Below the pieces are notes generated by a model. It was not told the DNA's origin, searched no databases, and was given only the letters and a program-made list of their open reading frames with translations. From IMG/VR virus record IMGVR_UViG_3300030060_005313, positions 1 through 64,000 of that record: DNA of 64,000 nt. One strand, 5' to 3'. The translations under genes and the position numbers were made by a program. How positions within the stretch are numbered: the stretch's first letter is position 1; every line of letters begins with the position of its first letter. This document shows, piece by piece, positions 47,867-56,438 of this stretch. Source of the stretch: a virus.

Positions 47867-48237
47867 TTAAACTAAAAGATTTACTATTAGAAAAGAAATT
47901 AACTGATAAGGATATCAATGTTGGTGACGCATATCATAGAAAGACGCATGTTGGTTATGTGGTTAGTTTTGTATATGGTAAAAATAGTTATGGTAGTTGG
48001 ACAACAATAGAATATCAATTTAAACCACAATACGGAAAACCAGGATTTATGGGAGTAGGATTTGGATCTGCTACAGGAGTTAATGGTTATGGTAAATGGC
48101 CAAAGGTTAAAGTTACTTCTAAAATGAAAAAGGAAATGATTAAGACTTTACAAGATAAGAATTCAGAAGAAGTGGATGTATTAATACGAAATGATTTACG
48201 ATTATCCAATGTATTGAGTTGGGTTAAGAGATTATGA
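47863..48237 (+). CDS. MIKL-leader basic protein
   Basis: MIKLKDLLLE leader. Confidence 0.75.
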   Translation: MIKLKDLLLEKKLTDKDINVGDAYHRKTHVGYVVSFVYGKNSYGSWTTIEYQFKPQYGKPGFMGVGFGSATGVNGYGKWPKVKVTSKMKKEMIKTLQDKNSEEVDVLIRNDLRLSNVLSWVKRL

Positions 48238-48256
48238 TAAAAACACAACATAGATA

Positions 48257-48496
48257 GTGGACACAAAAATAAAGGATAAGTTAATATCCCTCAAAAGTAA
48301 AGGACCTGTAAAAGGTTTACCGGAAGATGTAGCTAAAGCCGTAGATACATTTATAAAACAAGCAATCATAGTTGGAGAGTATGAATTAGATTACCTACCA
48401 CATCAGTATGTAGAAAATCTTTTAAAAACATTATCGAAATATCCTGAGTATAATGTTTTGACGCTTCAACTAATAAACATATTAAATAGAGATTAA
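48257..48496 (+). CDS. Hypothetical protein
   Basis: 79 aa ORF. Confidence 0.5.
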   Translation: MDTKIKDKLISLKSKGPVKGLPEDVAKAVDTFIKQAIIVGEYELDYLPHQYVENLLKTLSKYPEYNVLTLQLINILNRD

Positions 48497-48570
48497 ACCA
48501 TAGTATATATTATATTTATAGTTAAAGGTAGAACCTCAGTTTTTAACTATAAACATAAGGAGATATCACT

Positions 48571-49401
48571 ATGGATAAATCCAAGGTAAAGACGGTTACA
48601 CAAATCAAGTCTAATCAACCCTGTGAAAACAAACGACAAGCTCTGTCACAAATTAAAAGAATAGATTGGAGGTCATTAGAGTTTAGAACACCTAATCAGA
48701 AAGGTTTCTATCATACTATTAGTAGAAATGATGTTACTTTTTCAGTAGGCCCAGCGGGTTGTGGTAAGACATTTTTAGCTACACATTATGCGTTGAAAAA
48801 TCTTGCAAAAGGTAAGTATGATAAGATGGTAATTACTAAACCGCTTGTAGAAGTGGATGGTGAAAAGATGGGATATTTACCTGGTGATATAGATGAAAAA
48901 ACCGCACCATACATGATGTCATTATATTATAATATGGAACAGATTATTGGAAAGCAAAGATTGGAAGTTCTGAAGAAAGCTGGTGTAGTACAGGTTATAC
49001 CACTAGCTTATATGAGAGGTTTAACATTGACTGATAGTATAGTAGTCTTAGATGAGGCACAGAATGCAACACCTGCACAAATAAAAACTTTCATAACCCG
49101 TATAGGTAGTGGGAGTAAATATATAGTTTGTGGGGATTTAATGCAATCGGATATTAGAAAAGAAAATGGTTTAGAAGATTCAATTAAGAGATTTACGGGA
49201 ATTAGAAGAGTTGGATTCAGTCAGTTTGATTTAGAAGATGTTGTTAGGCATCCTATAGTTGCAGAGCTATTGGAAAGATATCAAGATGATTATGAGTTAG
49301 GTTCATTATCTGCAGAAGAAACTCTTTCTATGTGGATACAGAAACAAACATTTGATGAACCACAGATTAATAATAGATACTTTTACAAAATAAGGAATTA
49401 A
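48571..49401 (+). CDS. phoH: PhoH-like ATPase
   Basis: GPAGCGKT, MGYLPGD, LAYMRG, LDEAQN, GDLMQSD, VVRHPIV; TATTTATA at 48513-48520 upstream. Confidence 0.95.
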   Translation: MDKSKVKTVTQIKSNQPCENKRQALSQIKRIDWRSLEFRTPNQKGFYHTISRNDVTFSVGPAGCGKTFLATHYALKNLAKGKYDKMVITKPLVEVDGEKMGYLPGDIDEKTAPYMMSLYYNMEQIIGKQRLEVLKKAGVVQVIPLAYMRGLTLTDSIVVLDEAQNATPAQIKTFITRIGSGSKYIVCGDLMQSDIRKENGLEDSIKRFTGIRRVGFSQFDLEDVVRHPIVAELLERYQDDYELGSLSAEETLSMWIQKQTFDEPQINNRYFYKIRN

Positions 49402-49402
49402 T

Positions 49403-49624
49403 ATGAAAGTTATGTACGCAAAAAGAGTTCCACCTGGTGATAGGTGGAAGATAGAAAATGACGTATACGATTCACTAACAGAATGTTTGAATCAAATATT
49501 CTTAACTGAAGGTGTTACAACGTTTGAAGTTGATGCTGGTAAGGGAGAGATATTTATTGATGATGGTAAAGAAGCTCCTAAGCCACCACCTAAGACTTGG
49601 GATCTATACGGAGAAAAAGAATGA
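49403..49624 (+). CDS. Hypothetical protein
   Basis: AKRVPPGDRW motif, AAGGA SD. Confidence 0.6.
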   Translation: MKVMYAKRVPPGDRWKIENDVYDSLTECLNQIFLTEGVTTFEVDAGKGEIFIDDGKEAPKPPPKTWDLYGEKE

Positions 49625-49860
49625 AAGATAACGTAGTATACAATAATGCAGATAATATGGTAATGGTTAAAACAAATGGTGACGAGATTAATGTAATATG
49701 TAATACTGAGAAACAGATAGATCAAGTAGTAAAAAAATTATCTACTGATACCTGTTTATTATCTGGCTATGAAGAATGGGATAAAGGAAAGGATAAAAAA
49801 TGGATTTTAAAATTTTTGGTATGTGATCCAGAGTATGAATTGATACCTGAACTAAATTAA
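49621..49860 (+). CDS. Hypothetical protein
   Basis: GGAG SD, ATGA overlap. Confidence 0.55.
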   Translation: MKDNVVYNNADNMVMVKTNGDEINVICNTEKQIDQVVKKLSTDTCLLSGYEEWDKGKDKKWILKFLVCDPEYELIPELN

Positions 49861-49917
49861 TTTTTTATCGAACTGATATTTATAATTGTAATAATGTTTC
49901 AAACAAGGAGACTAAAA

Positions 49918-50133
49918 ATGAAAAACGTACTTAAATTAATATTGTCATTAGTAATTATGTTTGGTGCTGTTCCAACAGTTCAAGCTGTTCCAGCTCAAGC
50001 ATGTGAGATGACTTGTGAAATGGCATGTGCTGATGAAGATATTAAAAAGAAGAAAAAGAAAAAGAAGAAAATCGGTGGTAAAGGAAAGAAGAAGAAGAAA
50101 GGATTCTTTTCAAAAGTATTCGGGAGTAAATAA
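49918..50133 (+). CDS. Secreted peptide with CEMxC repeat and poly-Lys tail
   Basis: AAGGAG SD; signal peptide; CEMTCEMAC then KKKKKKKKKIGGKGKKKKKGFFSKVFGSK; TATTTATA at 49877-49884. Confidence 0.65.
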   Translation: MKNVLKLILSLVIMFGAVPTVQAVPAQACEMTCEMACADEDIKKKKKKKKKIGGKGKKKKKGFFSKVFGSK

Positions 50134-50426
50134 TGAATAATCCATTAACTAAACTATACAGTTGGCAAGTAAATAGTGGACAGTTAGATGGATGGACATC
50201 TTATCATTTGGCGGCTGGATTATTTATAGCCAAAGTCGCCCAATGGTTAGGTGCTTCTGATTTATGGGCAGTTCTTTGGGTTCTAATAATAGGTGTTGCT
50301 TGGGAAATATTTGAGGTATACATCGAAGGTATGGAAGAAACATATGGTACACGAAAGAAGTGGGCTTGGAATACAGCGGCCGATATTATCGTAGAAGTTG
50401 GTGCAGCTTGGTGGATGGTACTATAA
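50133..50426 (+). CDS. Small membrane protein (VanZ/DUF2585-like)
   Basis: SYHLAAG...IGVAWEIFE...NTAADII. Confidence 0.6.
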   Translation: MNNPLTKLYSWQVNSGQLDGWTSYHLAAGLFIAKVAQWLGASDLWAVLWVLIIGVAWEIFEVYIEGMEETYGTRKKWAWNTAADIIVEVGAAWWMVL

Positions 50427-50479
50427 TGTGTGATTGTTGTAATTGTTGTGATTGTGGATGTGATTGTGATTCTTGTTAA
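50426..50479 (+). CDS. 17-aa Cys-rich micropeptide (metallothionein-like)
   Basis: TAATG overlap with the upstream stop; MCDCCNCCDCGCDCDSC. Confidence 0.5.
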   Translation: MCDCCNCCDCGCDCDSC

Positions 50480-50494
50480 CTTTAGGAGAAAATA

Positions 50495-51781
50495 ATGTTG
50501 AAGAAACTTATGATGGGTTTACTATTAACTACATCATTACTTAGTCAAAATATAGTTGGGGACTTTTTTAAGTATTCTACTGCATATGCTAGTTTTAGTC
50601 TGAATGCTCCACGCTATCAGGACGATAGATTTGCTATTATAGGGGGATTGAGTACAGGCCAGTTAGAAATCAGTAGGGACAAGAGAGAATTAAAACCTGA
50701 TTTCCAAACATCATTCGGTTTAAGAAAGATTGGTAGATTTCAATACGAACCAAAAAGAGGTGTAAAGTCTGCTGGTAAAGGTGGTACTTGGTATGATGGT
50801 TCAGAACAGAATGCTAATGAAAGTGCCACATTTGGTCCTGTTAAAGGCTGGGAGTACTTAATTAAATTGTCAGAAGGTAGACAATGGGGCAATGATTATG
50901 TTAATAGAGAATTTTGGCTAAGATATATTGGTGATTATTTGATGGCTAAAGTTGGTGTTACTGAATTAGGATTAGAGGATATCAAATATACACAAGGTGA
51001 TATTAGACTTCATCTAACACCTGAAGCATTAAATGATAAATTTCATTTATCTATTGGTGTGAAACATAGACAACATCCTGTATATGGATTTGATGCGATG
51101 GTATTGGATACAACTTGGTACAGAGGTGAATGGTGGAAGTTTGCTGAGAAAGCATTTGGTATAGACGATAATGCTTGGTTTACACAAGAGTACTATGAGA
51201 ACGGAGATTTGGATGTTCAGTTGTATGAGTTAGATCCTGAGACTGGTGAACTAAGACCAATTGAAGGTGGTGGTCCTTTTTGGAATGACGATGGTAGATT
51301 TGTTGGAGTTGACTGGTTGTGGAGAGACCAAGATGGTAGAATCTTTGCTTATACGGACAGAGAGTATTTCTTATATCACTTTCCTGGTATGTTAGAAGAA
51401 TATATCGGTGGAGTCAAGAAAAGTTTGGGTAGTCAAAACGAAACCTCATTAGTGTTGGGTATTGATTTTTATCACTATGGAGAAAATTGGTGGTTACATA
51501 CTTGGGGAAATTGGTTACCTTATCACTACGGACATACAACACATGCATATCACAATGCAGCCCATTACAGAAAACACAAAGATGATGGTGGCAAACCACA
51601 TGAGTTTATGTTTATGGACAAAATGTGGCATAGTTGGAATGACTATGATATGGGTGCAATATTCGGAGTAAAGGTTCAGGATAATCTTGGAGTCTTTGCT
51701 GAAGGAAGATATTTGTATTATTGGGAGAGACCAGCATACGATATCAAATTAGGAATTAATTATCAATTTATGGGATTTTAA
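50495..51781 (+). CDS. Outer-membrane beta-barrel-like protein
   Basis: Signal peptide; aromatic amphipathic strands; ends LGVFAEGRYLYYW...IKLGINYQFMGF. Confidence 0.65.
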   Translation: MLKKLMMGLLLTTSLLSQNIVGDFFKYSTAYASFSLNAPRYQDDRFAIIGGLSTGQLEISRDKRELKPDFQTSFGLRKIGRFQYEPKRGVKSAGKGGTWYDGSEQNANESATFGPVKGWEYLIKLSEGRQWGNDYVNREFWLRYIGDYLMAKVGVTELGLEDIKYTQGDIRLHLTPEALNDKFHLSIGVKHRQHPVYGFDAMVLDTTWYRGEWWKFAEKAFGIDDNAWFTQEYYENGDLDVQLYELDPETGELRPIEGGGPFWNDDGRFVGVDWLWRDQDGRIFAYTDREYFLYHFPGMLEEYIGGVKKSLGSQNETSLVLGIDFYHYGENWWLHTWGNWLPYHYGHTTHAYHNAAHYRKHKDDGGKPHEFMFMDKMWHSWNDYDMGAIFGVKVQDNLGVFAEGRYLYYWERPAYDIKLGINYQFMGF

Positions 51782-51782
51782 A

Positions 51783-52391
51783 ATGACACACGAGGAAATA
51801 TACAATACAGTAAGAATGATTTGCGGTTCACTACTAATGGTAGGAATGTTAATAATACCAAGTTGTGAAGATGAAATAGTAGAAGAGGAAATTGTTTTAG
51901 AACCATCTATGCAACTTTGGGTAAATGGTGATTACATAGACCCATATACTTACTATGCACAAATAAATACTTATGGTGAAAAAGTTTTAGGTGATGATGG
52001 TAAGATTAAAAAATTATTCGTTCTACACCTACAAAGAGAAGTAGGTAGAGTTTTACCAGAGTTAGAACACTATGCTGGTATATGGTATGATGAAGATGGA
52101 GAAGACAATGCTATGTTAATTGATCCTGGTTTGTATTTGAACTACGGTCCGACAGATACATTGTCTCATACAAGAGAACAAACAATGAACATGGAGATTA
52201 TTGGTAGTTTTGATTACACAGAATTTGCACAATCAGAAATATACATAAATAATGACAATAAAATTTCTGGTATGGCAAATGGTAAATTTTACAATCCATA
52301 TAGAGATGAAATGCAGATTGGCTTATTAATTTTTGAGAATATAGAAATAGGAACAGATCCAGACGCAACGTTTTACACTGGTGGAAATTAA
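51783..52391 (+). CDS. Putative lipoprotein
   Basis: Hydrophobic N-region ending IIPSC, acidic tether. Confidence 0.6.
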   Translation: MTHEEIYNTVRMICGSLLMVGMLIIPSCEDEIVEEEIVLEPSMQLWVNGDYIDPYTYYAQINTYGEKVLGDDGKIKKLFVLHLQREVGRVLPELEHYAGIWYDEDGEDNAMLIDPGLYLNYGPTDTLSHTREQTMNMEIIGSFDYTEFAQSEIYINNDNKISGMANGKFYNPYRDEMQIGLLIFENIEIGTDPDATFYTGGN

Positions 52392-52395
52392 ATAA

Positions 52396-53031
52396 ATGAA
52401 TGGTGATATAAAAATAGGTAAGTTACTATGTGATGAAGATATAATCACTAAAAGACAACTGAACAAAGCACTACAGTCTCAGGTAAAAGGTGATAAACGC
52501 ACAATTGGTGAAATTTTAGTTGATTTAGGTTTTTGTGATTTCGATGATATTACTAATGCATTACTAAACCACGATTCTGATACTACACATCATGAAGAAA
52601 AAACTGAAGAAATACATCCTGAGTCAGAGACAGTCATAGAAGAACCTAAAGAAGAACCAAAGAAAAAAGAACCAATAGAACTAAGTGAAGATAAAGTATT
52701 AGATACTAAATTCACATTATCTGTACAAACAATGATAGCAGCTGGTACAGGTTTGGCATCATTGATTGGTATGTGGTATGCTTTACAAGCAGAAATAGAA
52801 GAGGCAAAGGAATTACCAGCCATTGATATAGAAAAGATTTTTTCGGATGAATATCCATCGAAACCTGAAGGTCATAATTGGCCTCGATCTTATGAACAAT
52901 ATAAAACACAAGTAGGCCAACTTCAAGAAGATATGGATGAAGTATTTGAACAGTTAGAGGAATATGAAGAAACCATAGATGAGTTGGAAAAACAAGTAAC
53001 TAATTTAAGGGTAAAAGTAGGGAGTAAATAA
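52396..53031 (+). CDS. MshEN/GspE-N-like domain + TM + coiled-coil protein
   Basis: KIGKLLCDEDIITKRQLNKALQSQ...RTIGEILVDLGFCDFDDITNAL tandem motif; TM MIAAGTGLASLIGMWYAL; acidic coiled coil. Confidence 0.75.
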   Translation: MNGDIKIGKLLCDEDIITKRQLNKALQSQVKGDKRTIGEILVDLGFCDFDDITNALLNHDSDTTHHEEKTEEIHPESETVIEEPKEEPKKKEPIELSEDKVLDTKFTLSVQTMIAAGTGLASLIGMWYALQAEIEEAKELPAIDIEKIFSDEYPSKPEGHNWPRSYEQYKTQVGQLQEDMDEVFEQLEEYEETIDELEKQVTNLRVKVGSK

Positions 53032-53405
53032 TGAAGTATTTAATAGGGCTATTAATATTCCTGTCTACTACACTAGCACAAGTAAATGACAAGAACTTTA
53101 AAGAAAAGATAAATGGTGGTATAGTCGTCGCCATTTTTACATCTGAATGGCAGGAACAAGAGTTAGATAAAAAAGTACTGAAAGGAGTAAAGGGGTATCA
53201 AGATTGTGAGATTATCTACGTTGCCAGTGAGCAAGCAAAAAAGGTTACTAAGAAACTAAGATTTAGAAACTTCCCATCGATTGCCCTATTCTTTGACGGA
53301 AGTAAAAAAGAAACTTGGAAGGCAGATATGGATGGCGAAGTTGATTGTTCTTCTAAAGATATAAAGGATGCAATAGACGATATGTTGGCAGAAGATGTAT
53401 TTTAA
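53031..53405 (+). CDS. Secreted thioredoxin-fold protein lacking CxxC
   Basis: Signal peptide; VNDKNFKEKI...VVAIFTSEWQ...FRNFPSIALFFDG. Confidence 0.7.
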   Translation: MKYLIGLLIFLSTTLAQVNDKNFKEKINGGIVVAIFTSEWQEQELDKKVLKGVKGYQDCEIIYVASEQAKKVTKKLRFRNFPSIALFFDGSKKETWKADMDGEVDCSSKDIKDAIDDMLAEDVF

Positions 53406-53418
53406 TGATACAATAATA

Positions 53419-53435
53419 GTGTAACAGGTGTAACA
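53419..53435. promoter_or_regulatory. Direct repeat, candidate upstream activator site
   Basis: GTGTAACA-g-GTGTAACA, ~120 bp upstream of a sigma54-type promoter. Confidence 0.4.
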
Positions 53436-53440
53436 TTTTG

Positions 53441-53468
53441 AAAACCTCACTTTTTAGTGGGGTTTTTT
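53441..53468 (+). terminator. Rho-independent terminator
   Basis: AAAACCTCAC-ttttta-GTGGGGTTTTTT. Confidence 0.75.
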
Positions 53469-53550
53469 GTTGCGTACTCTAAGTTATTAGTATATAGTAA
53501 TTTAAAAAACTAATAAGAAAAAAGTAAAAAAGTTTTCTATATTGCAAAGT

Positions 53551-53567
53551 TTGGTACAGTTATTGTA
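53551..53567 (+). promoter_or_regulatory. Sigma54-type (-24/-12) promoter of the pilin operon
   Basis: TTGGTACAGTTATTGTA: GG and GT separated by exactly 10 nt, matching TGGYAC-N5-TTGY. Confidence 0.6.
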
Positions 53568-53602
53568 CATATATAGGTAAATAACTAAATAGGAGAACTG
53601 AA

Positions 53603-54229
53603 ATGTTCAAAACAATCAAACGATATCTAAAGAGCACAAATGGTAACTCATTAGCTGAGTTCGCAGTAACAACTGCAATGATGGCTACATTGGCTACCAC
53701 TGCCGCACCTAAATTTTCTGGTGTTGGTGAAGGTGCTAAAGAGAAAAAGACAATGGCCGATATTGACAAAATTGTCAAGTCCGCTAATAACTTTTATAAC
53801 CAAAAAGTAACCGAAGAAGGTCGTGGGAGATTTCCTGGCCAAGTCAAGTATGATGAGGTTGTTGGTGGATATGCTTCCGATACACTTATTGTACAAGGTT
53901 TGGGTGGATTCACTTCTTACGAATCATCAGAGGGTTCTAATTGGGTTTCTGTATTTGGTACAACAACTGCAGGTGCTCAAGCTCCAAGTGGTCATAACAT
54001 TGATGTGTCAGAAGATGATAACAAAGATGGTTCATTTGATCCTTCCGTTGGTGCTGAAGAATTCTTAGACCAATTTGGTGGCAACCCAATCAAGACACCA
54101 TTTCAGGATGGTCATTACATCTATGCAGTAATCGCTGGTGGTGGAAGTGGTTCATCTTCTTATGCTCCAATCTTGTATGTCGCTGATTTAGAAAACCCAT
54201 CAAACTTCTTTAAGAAGTTACAGCCGTAG
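53603..54229 (+). CDS. Type IV pilin-like protein (atypical G|NSLAE site)
   Basis: Basic leader ending Gly, Glu at +5, hydrophobic helix ending APKF; AGGAG SD. Confidence 0.75.
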   Translation: MFKTIKRYLKSTNGNSLAEFAVTTAMMATLATTAAPKFSGVGEGAKEKKTMADIDKIVKSANNFYNQKVTEEGRGRFPGQVKYDEVVGGYASDTLIVQGLGGFTSYESSEGSNWVSVFGTTTAGAQAPSGHNIDVSEDDNKDGSFDPSVGAEEFLDQFGGNPIKTPFQDGHYIYAVIAGGGSGSSSYAPILYVADLENPSNFFKKLQP

Positions 54230-54239
54230 GAGATAGAAA

Positions 54240-54665
54240 ATGAAAAATCAGAAAGGATTCACATTAATAGAACTTATTATGGTTACAATCATTTTAGGTA
54301 TTTTGGCTGCTGTTGCTATTCCTCGATATATGACATCGGTTACGAAAGCAGAAGAAGCGGCTGAGGATGCGGTTATTAGTGCAATCAAAGCTGGTTTAGA
54401 AACTTATGCTGTAGAACAACTTATGGAAAATGGCCGTAGAAGTTGGCCTGATAATCCATGGGATGCTTTAGAAACTAAACCTGCTGGATACACTACGGAC
54501 GCTACTGATGCAGATGTTGATGGTGAGTGGACATACAATACCACTTCGAAAAAAATCACACATCAGCGTGGTGATAACTCTCGTGTAGGTTGGCAATATG
54601 ATGAAGGGGTACAAACAGGAGATGATGCTGCTGTTGGTACACTTGGTGTAAGAGCTGATTTGTAG
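54240..54665 (+). CDS. Type IV pilin / pseudopilin
   Basis: KG|FTLIELIMVTIILGILAAVAIPRY N-methylation motif. Confidence 0.95.
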   Translation: MKNQKGFTLIELIMVTIILGILAAVAIPRYMTSVTKAEEAAEDAVISAIKAGLETYAVEQLMENGRRSWPDNPWDALETKPAGYTTDATDADVDGEWTYNTTSKKITHQRGDNSRVGWQYDEGVQTGDDAAVGTLGVRADL

Positions 54666-54674
54666 GAGTTAACT

Positions 54675-55115
54675 ATGAGAAACTCTAAAGGGTTTACTCT
54701 GATAGAGTTGGTAGTAACTATTGCTTTAGTGGGGATACTCGTTGGTTCGGCTATCCCCACTTTTCATAGAGCGGTAAGTGAAACTCAGATATCAGTAAAT
54801 GTCTCTAATATGACAATCATAAAACAAACATTTATGCAATATTACTACGACAATCATATGAGCGGTAATCCACACTTTCCACAATTACCACAAGATAGCC
54901 TGATGGATGCTACATACCGACAAACTGTACTAGGGGATGGTAGAACACCTGATATGCTGTTTAGTGGAGATTTGCCTTACAATACAAATCAAAAGCCTTA
55001 TATTTATTATTGGGAAAACGATACGTTAAATGGATATGTGACTAAACGTATTATAATAAAAGATACAGACCCTGATAGTCCATCTTTTGAAAAAGAAGTA
55101 GTTGGAGAAATTTAG
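54675..55115 (+). CDS. Type IV pilin / pseudopilin
   Basis: KG|FTLIELVVTIALVGILVGSAIPTF. Confidence 0.93.
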   Translation: MRNSKGFTLIELVVTIALVGILVGSAIPTFHRAVSETQISVNVSNMTIIKQTFMQYYYDNHMSGNPHFPQLPQDSLMDATYRQTVLGDGRTPDMLFSGDLPYNTNQKPYIYYWENDTLNGYVTKRIIIKDTDPDSPSFEKEVVGEI

Positions 55116-55510
55116 TGAGTAAAGGCTTTACACTAATAGAAATATTAGTTGTGATTCTTTTGATTGGTATAATGAGTGCAATAGCAGTACCACGATTTGA
55201 GAAAAGAATCGAGCTAGAAGAATTAAAACACGAAAAGAAATTCACATATACATTATGGGAAGAGTTGGAAGTATATGCAAAGAAACAATATGAATTGACA
55301 GGTGAACAAAGTTGGCCTGAACATCCATTATCTGTTTTAGGTAGAACAAGAAATATAGTAGTCACTTATGATTTAGGAATACCTGATGATGATAATGAGT
55401 GGCAGTTTGATGGAACTAATTTATACCATAGGAGAATGAATAATGAAATCTGGTATTACCAATATAATCCCAATACTTTTTTTCTTTCTGAACATCCAAT
55501 TAGGCTATAG
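55115..55510 (+). CDS. Type IV pilin / pseudopilin
   Basis: KG|FTLIEILVVILLIGIMSAIAVPRF. Confidence 0.93.
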   Translation: MSKGFTLIEILVVILLIGIMSAIAVPRFEKRIELEELKHEKKFTYTLWEELEVYAKKQYELTGEQSWPEHPLSVLGRTRNIVVTYDLGIPDDDNEWQFDGTNLYHRRMNNEIWYYQYNPNTFFLSEHPIRL

Positions 55511-55832
55511 CGATACTACTGATATAGAATTAGATTTAGATGCCATGTGGGAGAATACTGTATGGGAAGAAATACAAGATGTAGTTGATGTAGGCTACGA
55601 AGTTGAGAAAGTAACAGATGTTGCTGGTGTTCGTGGAGCAGAGGCAGAAGACGAAGCATTAGCACTTTTATATTACAGAAAAAGTATGAAAGGATTATCC
55701 CTTTTAGATTTACAAAAGGCTTATGGTAAGTTAGTCAATAAAAGAGAAATTATGATAAAGGATGGGTTGAATACTAAAAAAATAGATGGTTTTATTATTA
55801 CATTAAAAGGAAAAATACAAAAAAAGTCTTGA
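55443..55832 (+). CDS. Secreted hypothetical protein
   Basis: Signal-peptide-like N-terminus; VAGVRGAEAED motif; last gene of the pilin operon. Confidence 0.6.
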   Translation: MKSGITNIIPILFFFLNIQLGYSDTTDIELDLDAMWENTVWEEIQDVVDVGYEVEKVTDVAGVRGAEAEDEALALLYYRKSMKGLSLLDLQKAYGKLVNKREIMIKDGLNTKKIDGFIITLKGKIQKKS

Positions 55833-55858
55833 CTTGTACTGCATTTATTTTGTAGCTT
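55829..55858 (+). promoter_or_regulatory. Early sigma70-type promoter
   Basis: TTGACT-N18-TAGCTT; ATG follows after 6 nt. Confidence 0.78.
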
Positions 55859-55864
55859 TACTAT

Positions 55865-56389
55865 ATGAATGAATGTAAAAAATGTCAAGCTGAAATGGAT
55901 AAACATCGTCTTCACTTGGGTTACTCAGAATGTGTTGAGTGTTCAAGTGTAAAGAAGTATGTGTCTCATACCATATACCCACACAAAACAGGTGCTTGGG
56001 TACAACCAGTTTCAGAAGAACAATCAGAAAATTTAAGTAGGTTAGATAGAAGGGGCGTTGGTGGTTCTAAGAAAGCAAAAGGTGTTTTTGCAGATAAGAG
56101 TTGGGATAGATTTTTGGAGAACTATCTTAATCCTAAACCACCTAAAAAGAAACATAAGTCAAAGCCAGTAGTAAATATCTTTATTCCAATAAAAGAAGCT
56201 ATGAAAAAAGTTATTGATGAGTTTGATAGCTATGGATATGAATCTGCTTGTCAACTTACACAATCACTATATTCTGAAGATAAAATTAGTCTTGTAAGTA
56301 AATCAAAAATCATAAATGAATTGTCAAGTCTACAAATGATGACAACTAAACAAAGAAAGTTTATGAAAAAACTTCAAAATAATCCTTGA
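55865..56389 (+). CDS. N-terminal zinc-finger protein (DksA/TraR-like C4 finger)
   Basis: CKKC...HRLHLGYSECVECS; no SD, apparently leaderless. Confidence 0.6.
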   Translation: MNECKKCQAEMDKHRLHLGYSECVECSSVKKYVSHTIYPHKTGAWVQPVSEEQSENLSRLDRRGVGGSKKAKGVFADKSWDRFLENYLNPKPPKKKHKSKPVVNIFIPIKEAMKKVIDEFDSYGYESACQLTQSLYSEDKISLVSKSKIINELSSLQMMTTKQRKFMKKLQNNP

Positions 56390-56415
56390 CTCGCATTGCA
56401 TTTTATTCGTAGCTT
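56386..56415 (+). promoter_or_regulatory. Early sigma70-type promoter
   Basis: TTGACT-N18-TAGCTT. Confidence 0.78.
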
Positions 56416-56438
56416 AACATATCAATTAAAGGAAAAAT

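Noticed and set aside
53603-55510. Complete type II secretion or type IV pilus system
   Set aside because: No ATPase, platform protein, secretin or peptidase in the window; only pilins and an isolated MshEN-like domain.
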